Shown piece by piece: positions 35,780 to 45,372 of a stretch of DNA of 64,000 bases (positions within the stretch are counted from its first letter, which is position 1; every line of letters starts with the position of its first letter). The stretch is from an uncultured bacterium. GTDB lineage: Bacteria; Acidobacteriota; Aminicenantia; Aminicenantales; Saccharicenantaceae. Both the position numbers and the translations under genes were made by a program. Where the stretch lies: positions 79,125 through 143,124 of the forward strand of contig CAWDSL010000026.1 of the NCBI GenBank assembly GCA_963805015.1, in the 5' to 3' direction. The notes under the pieces were generated by a model, which searched no databases, was not told where the DNA came from, and was given only the letters and a program-made list of their open reading frames with translations.

Positions 35780-38545
35780 ATGGAGACGACAGAGCGCATC
35801 CTCCTTCGCGGCGTCCGGGTCCACAACCTGAAGAACGTCGACCTGGACATCCCCCTCTACAAGCTCATCGTCGTCACCGGCGTCAGCGGCTCGGGCAAGT
35901 CGTCGCTCGCCTTCGACACCCTCTACGCCGAGGGCCAGCGCCGCTACATCGAGTCGCTCTCCTCCTACGCCCGCCAGTTCCTCGAGCGGATGGACAAGCC
36001 CGACGCCGAGTCCATCGAGGGCATCCCGCCGGCCATCGCCATCCAGCAGAAGGGCGCGGCCAAGAATCCGCGCTCGACCGTGGCCACGGTCACCGAGATC
36101 TTCGACTTCCTGCGGGTCCTCTTCGCCCGGATCGGCACCGTCCACTGCCTCCAGTGCGGCCGCCCCGTTCTCCGGGACACGATCGACGGCATGATCGCCG
36201 AGCTCTCGGGCGAGCCGGCGGGGACGCGCGCCTTCGTCACCTTCTCCTGGCCCCGCGAGCGGAACCTGGCCCCGCTCAAGAAGGACGGCTTTACCCGGGC
36301 CGTGGCGGCCGGCGCCGTCGTCGACCTGGACCGGGTCGCGAAGTCGGCCGAACCGATCGACGTCCTCGTCGACCGTATCGCCCTCGGCGTCGACGAGCGG
36401 GAGCGCCTGGCCGACTCTCTCGAAATGGGCCTCAAGCGGGGCGAAGGCCGGGTCCTGGTCCGGACGGAAGCCGGGCGCGAGTACCGCTTCTCCGAGAAGC
36501 TCGAGTGCAAGTCCTGCCGGCTCCCGGCCGACGATCCCTACCCCAACCTCTTCTCCTTCAACAGCCCGCACGGCGCCTGCCCCGATTGCCACGGCTTCGG
36601 CGATCTGGCCGTCGTCGACGAGGACAAGGTCGTCCCCGACCGGGGCAAGAGCCTGGAGCAGGGCGCGGTCGAGCCCTGGACCAAGCCCCTGTCCAAGGGC
36701 ATGCAGAAGGAGCTCCTGGCCGAGGCCCGCCGGCGGAAGATCCCGACGAACGTCCCCTTCCGCGACCTCAAGCCCGACGACCAGCGCTTCGTCCTCGAGG
36801 GCGGCGACGGCTACTACGGCGTCAAAGGCTTCTTCGACTGGCTTCAGGCCAAGAAGTACAAGGTCCAGGTCCGGGTCCTCCTCAGCCGCTACCGCAAGTA
36901 CATCGCCTGCCCGGCCTGCGCCAAGACCCGTCTCAACGCCCGGGCCCTGAGCGTCCGGGTCAAGGGCCTTCACATCGGCGACGTCGTCCGGATGACCGTC
37001 GGCGAGGCCTCGGCGTTCTTCGCCTCCCTCGACCTCGAGCCCTTCGAGCGCCAGGTGGCCGATAAGCTCGTCCACGAGATCCGCAACCGTCTGCGATTCC
37101 TCATGGAGGTCGGCCTCGACTACATCGCCCTCGACCGCATGACCTTCACCCTGAGCGGCGGCGAGGCCCAGCGCATCAGCCTGGCCGCGGCCCTCAGCGC
37201 CTCGCTCGTCGGCACCCTCTTCGTCCTCGACGAGCCGTCGATCGGCCTGCACCCGCGCGACAATCACCGTCTCGTCCAGATCCTCCGCTCGCTCCGGGAC
37301 ATCGGCAACACGGTCGTCGTCGTCGAGCACGATCCCGACATCGTCCGGGCCGCCGAGCACGTCGTCGACATGGGCCCCCGGGCCGGCGAGGCCGGCGGCG
37401 AGGTCGTCTTCGAGGGCTCCTGGGAGGACTTCCTCCGCTCGCCGGAGTCGCTGACCGCCCAGTACATCCGGGGCGAGAAGGAGATCGCGCCGCCGCCCGT
37501 CCGCCGGACGTCGCGGGCCTTCCTCGAGATCCGCGACGCCCACAAGCACAACCTCAAGCACATCGACGTCCGTATCCCTCTCGGCGTCTTCACCTGTGTC
37601 ACGGGGGTCTCGGGCTCGGGAAAGAGCACGCTCGTCCACGACGTTCTCTACCAGGGATTCGAGGGGACGTCGGACGACGGCTTCGGCGAGATCCGCGGCC
37701 GGGACAAGATCGCCAAGGTCGTCATGGTCGACCAGTCGCCGCTCAGCGCCTCGCCCCGGTCCATCCCGGCCACTTACACCAAGGCCATGGATGGGATCCG
37801 CGAACTCTTCAGCGGGACCCGCGAGGCCAAGCTCATGGGCTTTAGGCCGGGCTACTTCTCGTTCAACACGGCCGGCGGCCGGTGCGAGGAGTGCAAGGGC
37901 GCGGGCGTCCAGGTCGTCGAGATGCAGTTCCTGTCGGACGTCAGCTTGGTCTGCGACGCCTGCAAGGGCCGGCGCTTCAAGAAGGAGATCCTCGACGTCC
38001 GCTGGAACGGCCGGACGATCGACGACGTCCTCGGCCTGAGCGTCATGGAAGCCTGCCTCCTCTTCGCCGGGCGGCCCGAGATCACGAAGAAACTCTATCC
38101 CCTCGTCGAGGTCGGCCTCGGCTACCTCAAGCTCGGCCAGCCCACGACGACCCTCTCCGGAGGCGAGCTACAGCGCATCAAGCTGGCCTACCACCTCGTC
38201 CACGAGAAGGGCCGGAAGATCCTCTACCTGTTCGACGAGCCGACGATCGGGCTCCATCCGAACGACGTCGCGGTCCTCTTGCGGTCCTTCCAGAAGCTCG
38301 TCGCCGAGGGTCACACCGTCGTCGTCATCGAGCACAACCTGGACGTCGTCAAGAGCGCCGACCACGTCATCGACTTGGGGCCCGAAGGGGGCGAGGCCGG
38401 CGGCCGGGTCGTCGCCCAAGGGACGCCTGAAAAAGTGGCCCAGAGCCCCTTATCCATCACGGCCAGATACCTCAAGGAAGCGCTCAGGAAGAAGAACGGC
38501 GGCGGCGCCTCGTCTCCCGGAATGAAACAATGCCGCTCGATCTGA
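35780..38545 (+). CDS. uvrA: excinuclease ABC subunit A
   Basis: Start METTERILLRGVRVHNLKNVDLDIPLYKLIVVTGVSGSGKSSLAFDTLYAEGQRRY. Two ABC ATPase modules (Walker A twice, LSGGE signatures twice) and Cys-rich zinc modules. Confidence 0.85.
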   Translation: METTERILLRGVRVHNLKNVDLDIPLYKLIVVTGVSGSGKSSLAFDTLYAEGQRRYIESLSSYARQFLERMDKPDAESIEGIPPAIAIQQKGAAKNPRSTVATVTEIFDFLRVLFARIGTVHCLQCGRPVLRDTIDGMIAELSGEPAGTRAFVTFSWPRERNLAPLKKDGFTRAVAAGAVVDLDRVAKSAEPIDVLVDRIALGVDERERLADSLEMGLKRGEGRVLVRTEAGREYRFSEKLECKSCRLPADDPYPNLFSFNSPHGACPDCHGFGDLAVVDEDKVVPDRGKSLEQGAVEPWTKPLSKGMQKELLAEARRRKIPTNVPFRDLKPDDQRFVLEGGDGYYGVKGFFDWLQAKKYKVQVRVLLSRYRKYIACPACAKTRLNARALSVRVKGLHIGDVVRMTVGEASAFFASLDLEPFERQVADKLVHEIRNRLRFLMEVGLDYIALDRMTFTLSGGEAQRISLAAALSASLVGTLFVLDEPSIGLHPRDNHRLVQILRSLRDIGNTVVVVEHDPDIVRAAEHVVDMGPRAGEAGGEVVFEGSWEDFLRSPESLTAQYIRGEKEIAPPPVRRTSRAFLEIRDAHKHNLKHIDVRIPLGVFTCVTGVSGSGKSTLVHDVLYQGFEGTSDDGFGEIRGRDKIAKVVMVDQSPLSASPRSIPATYTKAMDGIRELFSGTREAKLMGFRPGYFSFNTAGGRCEECKGAGVQVVEMQFLSDVSLVCDACKGRRFKKEILDVRWNGRTIDDVLGLSVMEACLLFAGRPEITKKLYPLVEVGLGYLKLGQPTTTLSGGELQRIKLAYHLVHEKGRKILYLFDEPTIGLHPNDVAVLLRSFQKLVAEGHTVVVIEHNLDVVKSADHVIDLGPEGGEAGGRVVAQGTPEKVAQSPLSITARYLKEALRKKNGGGASSPGMKQCRSI

Positions 38546-38549
38546 CGCT

Positions 38550-38763
38550 TGTTTTCAGGTCAATTGGCAATTCTGACATTCTCTTTTATGACCATTAATT
38601 GTACTATTAATTAATTATGCGTCTATATTATTTATTATGTTTTATTTAAACATGTATATCTTAATATATGTGTCCTTTATTTATACATTGTACAAACGCC
38701 AAGGAATGCCCCTATAATCTCATATGTAATTTGATATAAGTAACTTATCAAATTTTCAAATCT
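38550..38763. other. strongly AT-rich intergenic island in a GC-rich genome
   Basis: Runs such as attaattgtactattaattaattatgcgtctatattatttattatgttttatttaaac. Contains the inverted repeat AATTTGATA (38728-38736) / TATCAAATT (38746-38754). No long ORF on either strand. Confidence 0.9.
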
Positions 38764-38779
38764 TGGCCCCGTTCTTGCC
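38764..38779 (+). promoter_or_regulatory. candidate sigma-54 (-24/-12) promoter
   Basis: TGGCCCCGTTCTTGCC matches TGGCAC-N5-TTGCW, with GG (38765-6) and GC (38777-8) exactly 12 nt apart. The -12 element lies 40 nt upstream of the ATG at 38818. Confidence 0.55.
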
Positions 38780-38817
38780 ATTATAAATGGCGTGAATCAA
38801 GGAAAAGGAACGGAGTC

Positions 38818-39369
38818 ATGAAAACGAAGCTCTCCCTCATCGTCTTGACGATTTGCGTCCTGGCCGTCGGCTCGCTCGCGGCTTCTGAGGCCGTTTGGGA
38901 GGTCATCATCCCGACCGGCCTCCAGCCCTCGACGGCCATCCTGCCCGATCCCCTGCCGGTCCCAGCCTATGTGGAATACCTCATCGAGGTGGCCCCGCCC
39001 GCCCCGGTCGTGACCGCGCCCCTGCGCTTGCCCATTTACCGGCCCGCCCCGCGGCCCGGCAAGGGATTCTTCGACGCCAACCTCGTCCTCATGGTCGGCC
39101 TCAATATCGCCGATTACATCTCGACCAAGGAAGCCCTGAAGTACCCCGGCCTGGCCGAGACCAATCCGCTGATGAAGCCCTTCGTCAAGAGCCCGGCCGC
39201 GTTCGCCGCCATCAAGTTCGGGACGACGGCCCTGTCCTATTGGAGCATGAAGGTCCTTTTCAAGAAGAACCGGACCATGGCCTGGATCATGACCACCGCC
39301 AGCAACGCCCTGCTCTCTTACGTCGTGGCCAATAACTACAGGCTCATCCAGGGGGCCCGCGCCCGCTGA
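38818..39369 (+). CDS. DUF5658-family membrane protein with signal peptide and Pro-rich linker
   Basis: 183-aa ORF. MKTKLSLIVLTICVLAVGSLAA signal, then ..LMVGLNIADYISTKEALKYPGLAETNPLMKPF.. matching the DUF5658 pattern (LNxxDxxxT....E.NPL). Confidence 0.7.
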   Translation: MKTKLSLIVLTICVLAVGSLAASEAVWEVIIPTGLQPSTAILPDPLPVPAYVEYLIEVAPPAPVVTAPLRLPIYRPAPRPGKGFFDANLVLMVGLNIADYISTKEALKYPGLAETNPLMKPFVKSPAAFAAIKFGTTALSYWSMKVLFKKNRTMAWIMTTASNALLSYVVANNYRLIQGARAR

Positions 39370-39381
39370 ACCGGGACCGCC

Positions 39382-39618
39382 ATGAACGTCTACCTCCAGC
39401 GCTACCTGGGTCTCGACGAGGCTCGCGAGTTCGCCAAACCCGCGGGTTTCCCGACCCTCAAAGCCCTGGAGAAGGACTATATCGGCTTCCTGCTCGAGGT
39501 CACCGACCAGAACCGGGCCGAGGTCTCGCGCATCCTGGCCATCTCCCGCTCGACCCTGTACCACAAGATCCGCCGTTACCGGCTCGGTGACGACGGATCG
39601 GACGCGTTCCTGGCCTGA
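39382..39618 (+). CDS. stand-alone Fis-type (HTH_8) DNA-binding protein
   Basis: 78-aa ORF. ..TLKALEKDYIGFLLEVTDQNRAEVSRILAISRSTLYHKIRRYRL is the C-terminal DNA-binding module of NtrC-type activators, with no receiver or AAA+ domain. Confidence 0.7.
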   Translation: MNVYLQRYLGLDEAREFAKPAGFPTLKALEKDYIGFLLEVTDQNRAEVSRILAISRSTLYHKIRRYRLGDDGSDAFLA

Positions 39619-39726
39619 TCCCCGGCGCTCCCCCCGGCCGCCTCGAACCCGCTCCCGCCCCCCCCGCTTTTCTCGCGCCCGGGCCTTGTGGTATCCTCGA
39701 GCCTCAGCCCATTCGAGGAGGATCCC

Positions 39727-40969
39727 GTGACCGACGAACGCCGTCCCGCCCTCTCGGCCGCCCTCGCTCTCGCCGCCGGACTCGTCCTTCTGGCCGGCGC
39801 GGCCTTTCCCTGCACCCTGGCCGTCGTCTCGGCCAAGGCCGCCAGGAACGGCCGCGTGCTGATGTGGAAGAACCGCGACACCTCGACCCTCGACAATAAG
39901 CTCATGTCGCTCCAGGGGCCGAAATACGCCTTCACGGCCGTCGTCGACGCCGCCGACGCCAAGGGCGACGAGGTCTGGGGCGGCCTGAACACGGCCGGTT
40001 TCGCCATCATGAACTCCCAATCCGACGACCTCGTCGATGCGTCGCGCAAGGGCGACGGCGCCGGCAACGGCGCGTTCATGAGGATGGCCCTCGGCGAGTG
40101 CGCCACGGTCCGCGACTTCGAGGCCCTGCTCGCCCGCCATAAGGGCAAGTTCGACCTGGCCGCGAACTTCGGTGTCATCGACGCCGAGGGCAACGCCTGC
40201 TTCTTCGAGACGGCCCGGGCCTCGTACCAGAAGTTCGACGCCTCCGATCCCCGGGTCGCCCCGTTCGGTACCCTCGTCCGGACGAACTTCGCCTTTACCT
40301 CTCCGGATCACCTCAAGGGCGGCGGCTTTATCCGCTTCGAGCGGATCTCCCACCTCGTCGAATCCGCCCGCGGCGCGAACCGGATCGACGCCCGGTTCAT
40401 TCTGCAGGAAGCGGCCCGCGACCTCGTCCACGAGAAGCTCCATTCCTACCCTATGAGCCGGCCCCTCCCCGACGACCCGGCCGAACCCCTCTTCGTCAAT
40501 ACCAACGACACCATCAACCGGAACTCGAGCGCCTCGGCCATCGTCTTCGAGGGCGCCCCGTCGCCCGAAAAAGCCCACCTGGCCACGATGTGGGTCATCC
40601 TGGGCCAGCCCGTGGCCGGCGTCGCCGTCCCCGTCTGGCCGGGAGCCGGCCGGGTCCCGGGCCCGACCGCCGGGTCGCCCACGGCGCCGCTGTGCGATCT
40701 CGCCCGGTCGCTCGTCGCCTACCTCTATCCCGACCGGCGCGGCCGCATGCCCCAGTACCTGAACGTCACCCGGCTGCGGACCTACGGCGGGGAGGGCCTC
40801 CCGGCCAGGCGGCAGCGCGTCGAGGACGAGGCGCTGGCCCGGACGGCGGCCCAGCTCGCCCGGTGGGGATCGAACGAAACCCTCCGCCGCCGAGGTGGCC
40901 GCGTTCCAGGAAGCCGTCGCCGTGGCCGCCTACGAGGGCTGGAAGAAGGAGCTCGGGGACATCCGCTAG
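39727..40969 (+). pseudogene. secreted Ntn-hydrolase (choloylglycine hydrolase / linear amide C-N hydrolase-like), frameshift near 40860-40895
   Basis: GTG 39727 after GAGGAGG. Signal peptide ends ..AAFP|CTLAVVSAKAARNGRVLMWKNRD (N-terminal Cys nucleophile, NRD motif). The last ~30 codons (..PSAAEVAAFQEAVAVAAYEGWKKELGDIR, stop 40967-40969) lie in the +1 frame. Confidence 0.65.
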
Positions 40970-40985
40970 CGCGCCCCGCGCCGGC

Positions 40986-42050
40986 TCAGAACCACTTCTT
41001 CCGCCGGAAGTAGTGCACCATGCCGCCCACCGAGGCCAGGATCGCGGCCCAGACCAGCGGATACGACCAGCGCCAGCCGATCTCCGGCATGAACTTGAAG
41101 TTCATCCCGTAGACGCCGACGAGGAAGGTGACGGGGATGAAGATCGTCGAGATGATGGTCAGGACCTTCATGACCTCGTTCATCCGGTTGGAGACGCTCG
41201 AAAGGTAGGTCTCGAGCATGCTCGTCAGGATCTCCCGGAAGGACTCGACCGTGTCGATGACCTGGACGGCGTGGTCGTAGAGGTCCCTCAGGAAGACGTC
41301 GGTCGACTTCTTGATGAGAGACGTCTCCAGGCGCTCGATCCCGCTGACGACCTCCCGGAGCGGCCAGACCGCTTTGCGCAGGCCGATCATCTCCCGCTTG
41401 AGCGCGTGGATCTCGCGCAGGATCTCCCGGCCGGGTTCGGCGACCAGGACTTCCTCGAGCGCGTCGATCCGCTCGCCGAGCTTCTCCAGGACGAAGAAGT
41501 AGTTGTCGACGACCGCGTCGATCAGGGAGTAGGCCAGGAAGTCGGGGCCGAGCTTGCGGATGCGGCCCTTGCCGCCTCGGATGCGCTCGCGCACCGGACC
41601 CAGGCAGTCGCCGGGCGTCTCCTGGAAGGACAGGACGTAGTTGGGGCCGAGGATGAGGCTGAGCTGGTCGGTCGTCAGGCCCGACCCGTCCCGCTCGCAC
41701 TCGATCATCCGCAGGACGACGAAGACGGCGGCGCCCAGGTCCTCGACCTTGGGCCGCTGGCTGGTCGTCAGGATGTCCTCGAGAACGAGGGGGTGGATGT
41801 CGAACCGGGCGCCGAGCTTCTCGATGACGGACGCGTCCTCGACCCCGTCGACGTTGATCCAGGTCACGGTCGCGGTATCCTTGAAGGGGAAGCACTCCTC
41901 GACCGTGGCGACCTCTTTCTCCAGGAAGGCCGAGGCGTCGTAATCGATGACCGTGATCCGCGACCGCCCGAGCTTTTTCTCGCCGACGTGGACCAGGGTC
42001 CCCGGCTCGAGCCCCGCCTTGTCCGAGCGCTTGGTCAGCTCACTGTCCAT
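40986..42050 (-). CDS. corA: magnesium/cobalt transporter CorA
   Basis: 354-aa ORF with the C-terminal signature ..FLVGVYGMNFKFMPE.. (GMN motif) and two terminal TM helices. Confidence 0.9.
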   Translation of the reverse strand: MDSELTKRSDKAGLEPGTLVHVGEKKLGRSRITVIDYDASAFLEKEVATVEECFPFKDTATVTWINVDGVEDASVIEKLGARFDIHPLVLEDILTTSQRPKVEDLGAAVFVVLRMIECERDGSGLTTDQLSLILGPNYVLSFQETPGDCLGPVRERIRGGKGRIRKLGPDFLAYSLIDAVVDNYFFVLEKLGERIDALEEVLVAEPGREILREIHALKREMIGLRKAVWPLREVVSGIERLETSLIKKSTDVFLRDLYDHAVQVIDTVESFREILTSMLETYLSSVSNRMNEVMKVLTIISTIFIPVTFLVGVYGMNFKFMPEIGWRWSYPLVWAAILASVGGMVHYFRRKKWF

Positions 42051-42075
42051 ACCGGCCTCCTCGCGGGCGTTTCCC

Positions 42076-43461
42076 TCAGGATAACCCCGATCCGCCCTTC
42101 TTTTCCAGCGCCCCGATCCTTCGGACGTAGGCGTCGACGTCGAACTTGCGCCGCAGGCCGGCCGCGTTCATGTACCGGACGGTCCCGAACACGGGGCGCC
42201 GGCCCCAGGGCCGGTCGTGCTTGCCGAAGGTCCAGGCCACGCCCGCGAACGAGTTCGGGTCCCGGCCGTCGAGCGCATAGGCGTTGTTGAGGGCCAGGGC
42301 CGTCCGGAAGGCCTGCCGGGGCGAAGCCGACCATTCCAGGATCTTTTTGCCCCAGTACATGCGCATGTAATTGTGCATGCGGCCCGTCAGGACCATCTCC
42401 TTCTGGGCCGCGTTCCAGTAGGGATCGTGGGTCGCGGCGGCCTCGAGCTCGGCCCGCGTGTAAATGTAAGGCCGGGGGTCCCGGGCGCGCTCCAGGAGCG
42501 TCGCCCGGCTCCAGGCCGGCAGGCCCTCGAAACGGTCGTAGGCCTTGTTGTAAAAGACGTAATTGAACGAGAGCTCGCGCCGGACGATGAGCTCCTCGAG
42601 GAAGGGGGCCTGGCCGTAGGCCGGCCCCTTCTTGACGGCCAGGGCCACGGCGAGCGGGGAGATCTGGCCGAAATGGAGGTAGGGGCTGAGGCCGCTTGCG
42701 CCGTCGAGGGACGGGTCGTTCCGGTCCTCGGCGTAGGCGGCGAGCTTCTTGGCGATGAAGGCCCGGAGGCGCCGCGCCGCCTCCGACGGACCGCCGCGCA
42801 GGAACGGCGACCGCCCGATCGAGCGGTCGACGGCCAGCCCGGCCAGGACCGCGTCCGGATCGCCGAGGTCGAGGCTCTCGACGCCGGGCTCGACCGCTTC
42901 GACCCGCAGGGGCGTCTCCCGGAGCGGCGCCAGAAACCGGTCGAGCGACCGGTAGATCTTCGGCCGCAGGGTGGCGGCGGCGTACTCTTCCTTGGTCGAA
43001 GCCGTTCCGACCGGGACGATGACATTCGTCGCCACCTCGATCAGGGGGCACTCGAGGGCGGCCGCGGCCGCCCTGCGCCAACCCCTCTCGACGCGGACAT
43101 AGCCGTCATCGACGACCATCAGGGCGGCGGCGCGCCCGAAGGCCGCCGCTTCCGCAGCCGGATCGCCCTTGCGGATGACCAGGGGGATGCCGCGCCGGCC
43201 CAGCGCCTCACGCGTCTCTTTCAGGCCTTCGAGCATGAAGGCGTAATGCCGTTCGTTGGCTTCGGGATAGGCTTCGGTCAGGACGAAAAGCACGGCCAGC
43301 GGCTTCCGCAGCTCGTTGGCCGCGCGAGCGGCGTACTCCAGGGCGTGGTTGGCCTCGGCCCGCTGGGCCGCTTGCATCCAATAGACGACGAAGGGATTCC
43401 CCGTCGCTTTCCGGGAATTGAGCGCACGGACCCGCTCGGCCGGGATGGACTCGCGGACCAT
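42076..43461 (-). CDS. deoxyribodipyrimidine photolyase, class II
   Basis: 461-aa ORF. N-terminus ..GNPFVVYWMQAAQRAEANHALEYA.. and C-terminal FAD-binding region (..HNYMRMYWGKKILEW..) typical of class II CPD photolyases. Confidence 0.85.
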   Translation of the reverse strand: MVRESIPAERVRALNSRKATGNPFVVYWMQAAQRAEANHALEYAARAANELRKPLAVLFVLTEAYPEANERHYAFMLEGLKETREALGRRGIPLVIRKGDPAAEAAAFGRAAALMVVDDGYVRVERGWRRAAAAALECPLIEVATNVIVPVGTASTKEEYAAATLRPKIYRSLDRFLAPLRETPLRVEAVEPGVESLDLGDPDAVLAGLAVDRSIGRSPFLRGGPSEAARRLRAFIAKKLAAYAEDRNDPSLDGASGLSPYLHFGQISPLAVALAVKKGPAYGQAPFLEELIVRRELSFNYVFYNKAYDRFEGLPAWSRATLLERARDPRPYIYTRAELEAAATHDPYWNAAQKEMVLTGRMHNYMRMYWGKKILEWSASPRQAFRTALALNNAYALDGRDPNSFAGVAWTFGKHDRPWGRRPVFGTVRYMNAAGLRRKFDVDAYVRRIGALEKKGGSGLS

Positions 43462-43495
43462 GGCTTCTGCCGGCCGGGGAGGGCCGGGCGCGCCC

Positions 43496-44224
43496 TTACT
43501 TCAGCCTGGCGCCGACGGCCGCCCAGTCGACGTTCTTGAAGAAAGCTTCGATGTAGTCGGCCCGCTTGAGGCCGTAGTCGATCATGAAGGCGTGCTCGAA
43601 GACGTCCATGACCAGCAGGGGCGCGCCTCCGGCCGGGTGGCTGACGTCGTGCTCGTTGATCCAGAAATTGATGAGCCGCCCGTTGGTCGTGTCCTCGTAG
43701 AGGACGACCCAGCCGATGCCGCGCATGGCGCCGGTCGCCCGGAACTCTTTCTCCCAGGACTCGAGGTCGCCGAACTGCTCGGCCAGCCGGCGGGCCAGCG
43801 GACCGGCCGGGTCGAGCGGCGCCTTGCCGCCGAGGTTCTCGAAGTAGAGCTCGTGCAGGCGCATGCCGTTGAACTCCCAGCCGAGCCGGCGCTTGAGCTC
43901 CGCGAACTCGGGCGTCCCCGCCTTGCCGTCCTTGGCCATCAGGCCGAGGATGTCGAGGACCTTGTTGGTGTTGGTGACATAGCCCTGGTAGAGCGTGAAG
44001 TGGTTCTTGAGCAGCGTCTCGCCGAACCCGGGCATGCCGAGGAGCTTGGAGTAATCCTTCGCCGTATAGTTCATGTCCCGTCCCTCCTTTAGAGCGATGG
44101 TCTCCCGAGCCCCGGCCGGAAGGGTCCGGGCCACCGCGAGAGCGGTACCCCCGAGACCCGCGAACTTGATGAAATCCCGGCGCCGGAGCACGGTGCGCAA
44201 CCTCTTTCGGCTAAATCCTATCAA
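43496..44224 (-). CDS. Fe/Mn-family superoxide dismutase with Tat signal
   Basis: RRRDFIKFAGLGG Tat motif, then the SOD core (..VMDVFEHAFMIDYG..). The ORF track starts at TTG 44224. The GTG at 44191 (AAGAGG 9 nt upstream) is a more likely start. Confidence 0.85.
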   Translation of the reverse strand: MIGFSRKRLRTVLRRRDFIKFAGLGGTALAVARTLPAGARETIALKEGRDMNYTAKDYSKLLGMPGFGETLLKNHFTLYQGYVTNTNKVLDILGLMAKDGKAGTPEFAELKRRLGWEFNGMRLHELYFENLGGKAPLDPAGPLARRLAEQFGDLESWEKEFRATGAMRGIGWVVLYEDTTNGRLINFWINEHDVSHPAGGAPLLVMDVFEHAFMIDYGLKRADYIEAFFKNVDWAAVGARLK

Positions 44225-44235
44225 TTATGTAGGAT

Positions 44236-45372
44236 TTAATCAACTTTTTTCGCGGGCGCCTTCTCCCCGTCGAGGCCGACCTTGGCCCGGATCTCGGCCT
44301 CGAGCTCGGCGGCCAGCTTGGTGTTCTCCTTGAGCAGCTTCTTGACGTTCTCCCGGCCCTGGCCGAGGCGCTCGCCCTTGTAGGAATACCAGGTCCCCGT
44401 CTTCTCCAGGAGGCCCGTGTCGAACCCGACGTCGACGAGGTCGCCCTCCCGGGAGATGCCCTCGCCGAAGATGATGTCGAACTGGGCCTCGCGGAAGGGC
44501 GGGGCCATCTTGTTCTTGACGATCTTGACCTTGGCCCGGTTGCCGACGACGCTCTCGCCGTCCTTGATCACGGACAGCCGGCGCACGTCGACCCGCAGCG
44601 AGGCGTAGAATTTCAGGGCCCGGCCGCCGGTCGTCGTCTCGGGATTGCCGATGAAGACGCCGATCTTCTCCCGGAGCTGGTTGATGAAGATGAAGCAGGT
44701 CTTGGACCGGGCGACGATGGCCGTCAGCTTGCGCAGGGCCTGGGACATGAGCCGGGCCTGCAGTCCCATGTGGGCGTCGCCCATCTCGCCCTCGAGCTCC
44801 GCCTTGGGGACCAGGGCGGCCACGGAATCGACGACGATGACGTCGACCGCGCCGCTGCGGACGAGGACCTCGGCGATCTCCAGGGCCTGCTCGCCGAAAT
44901 CGGGCTGGGAGATGAGCAGGTTGTCGATGTCGATGCCGATCTGGGCGGCGTAGGACGGCGAGAGGGCGTGCTCGGCGTCGATGAAGGCCGCCTGGCCGCC
45001 GCGCTTCTGGGCCTCGGAGATGACGTGGAGGGCCAGCGTCGTCTTGCCGGTGGCCTCGGGGCCGTAGATCTCGATCACCCGGCCGCGCGGGAAGCCGCCG
45101 ATGCCCAGGGCCAGGTCGAAGGAGATCGAGCCGGTCGGGATGGCCTCGACGGGCACCGCGGCCCCCTTCTGGCCGAGCTTCATGATCGAGCCCTTGCCGA
45201 ACTGCTTCTCGATCTGGGAGAGCGCGGCGTCGATGGCCTTGTGGCGGGATGACGTCCTTTCTTCGCTCTCGGCGGCCTTGGCCGCTTCCGAATCGCGGGC
45301 CGTGTCTTTCTTGACCATGTCGGTTCGCTCCTTGTCCGTCTCTTTCTTGGCCATCTCCTCCCTCTCGCGCAC
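44236..45372 (-). CDS. recA: recombinase RecA with Lys/Glu-rich N-terminal extension
   Basis: ..[39 protein letters not shown].. The start is ambiguous: GTG 45372, ATG 45354, or ATG 45318 (AAGGAG 9 nt upstream). Confidence 0.9.
   Translation of the reverse strand: MREREEMAKKETDKERTDMVKKDTARDSEAAKAAESEERTSSRHKAIDAALSQIEKQFGKGSIMKLGQKGAAVPVEAIPTGSISFDLALGIGGFPRGRVIEIYGPEATGKTTLALHVISEAQKRGGQAAFIDAEHALSPSYAAQIGIDIDNLLISQPDFGEQALEIAEVLVRSGAVDVIVVDSVAALVPKAELEGEMGDAHMGLQARLMSQALRKLTAIVARSKTCFIFINQLREKIGVFIGNPETTTGGRALKFYASLRVDVRRLSVIKDGESVVGNRAKVKIVKNKMAPPFREAQFDIIFGEGISREGDLVDVGFDTGLLEKTGTWYSYKGERLGQGRENVKKLLKENTKLAAELEAEIRAKVGLDGEKAPAKKVD

Noticed and set aside
38637-38717. 26-codon ORF MFYLNMYILIYVSFIYTLYKRQGMPL inside the AT-rich island (hydrophobic, reminiscent of a type I toxin).
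   Set aside because: No Shine-Dalgarno sequence. In AT-rich DNA an open stretch of this length is not clearly beyond chance across six frames, and there is no evidence of an antisense RNA partner.
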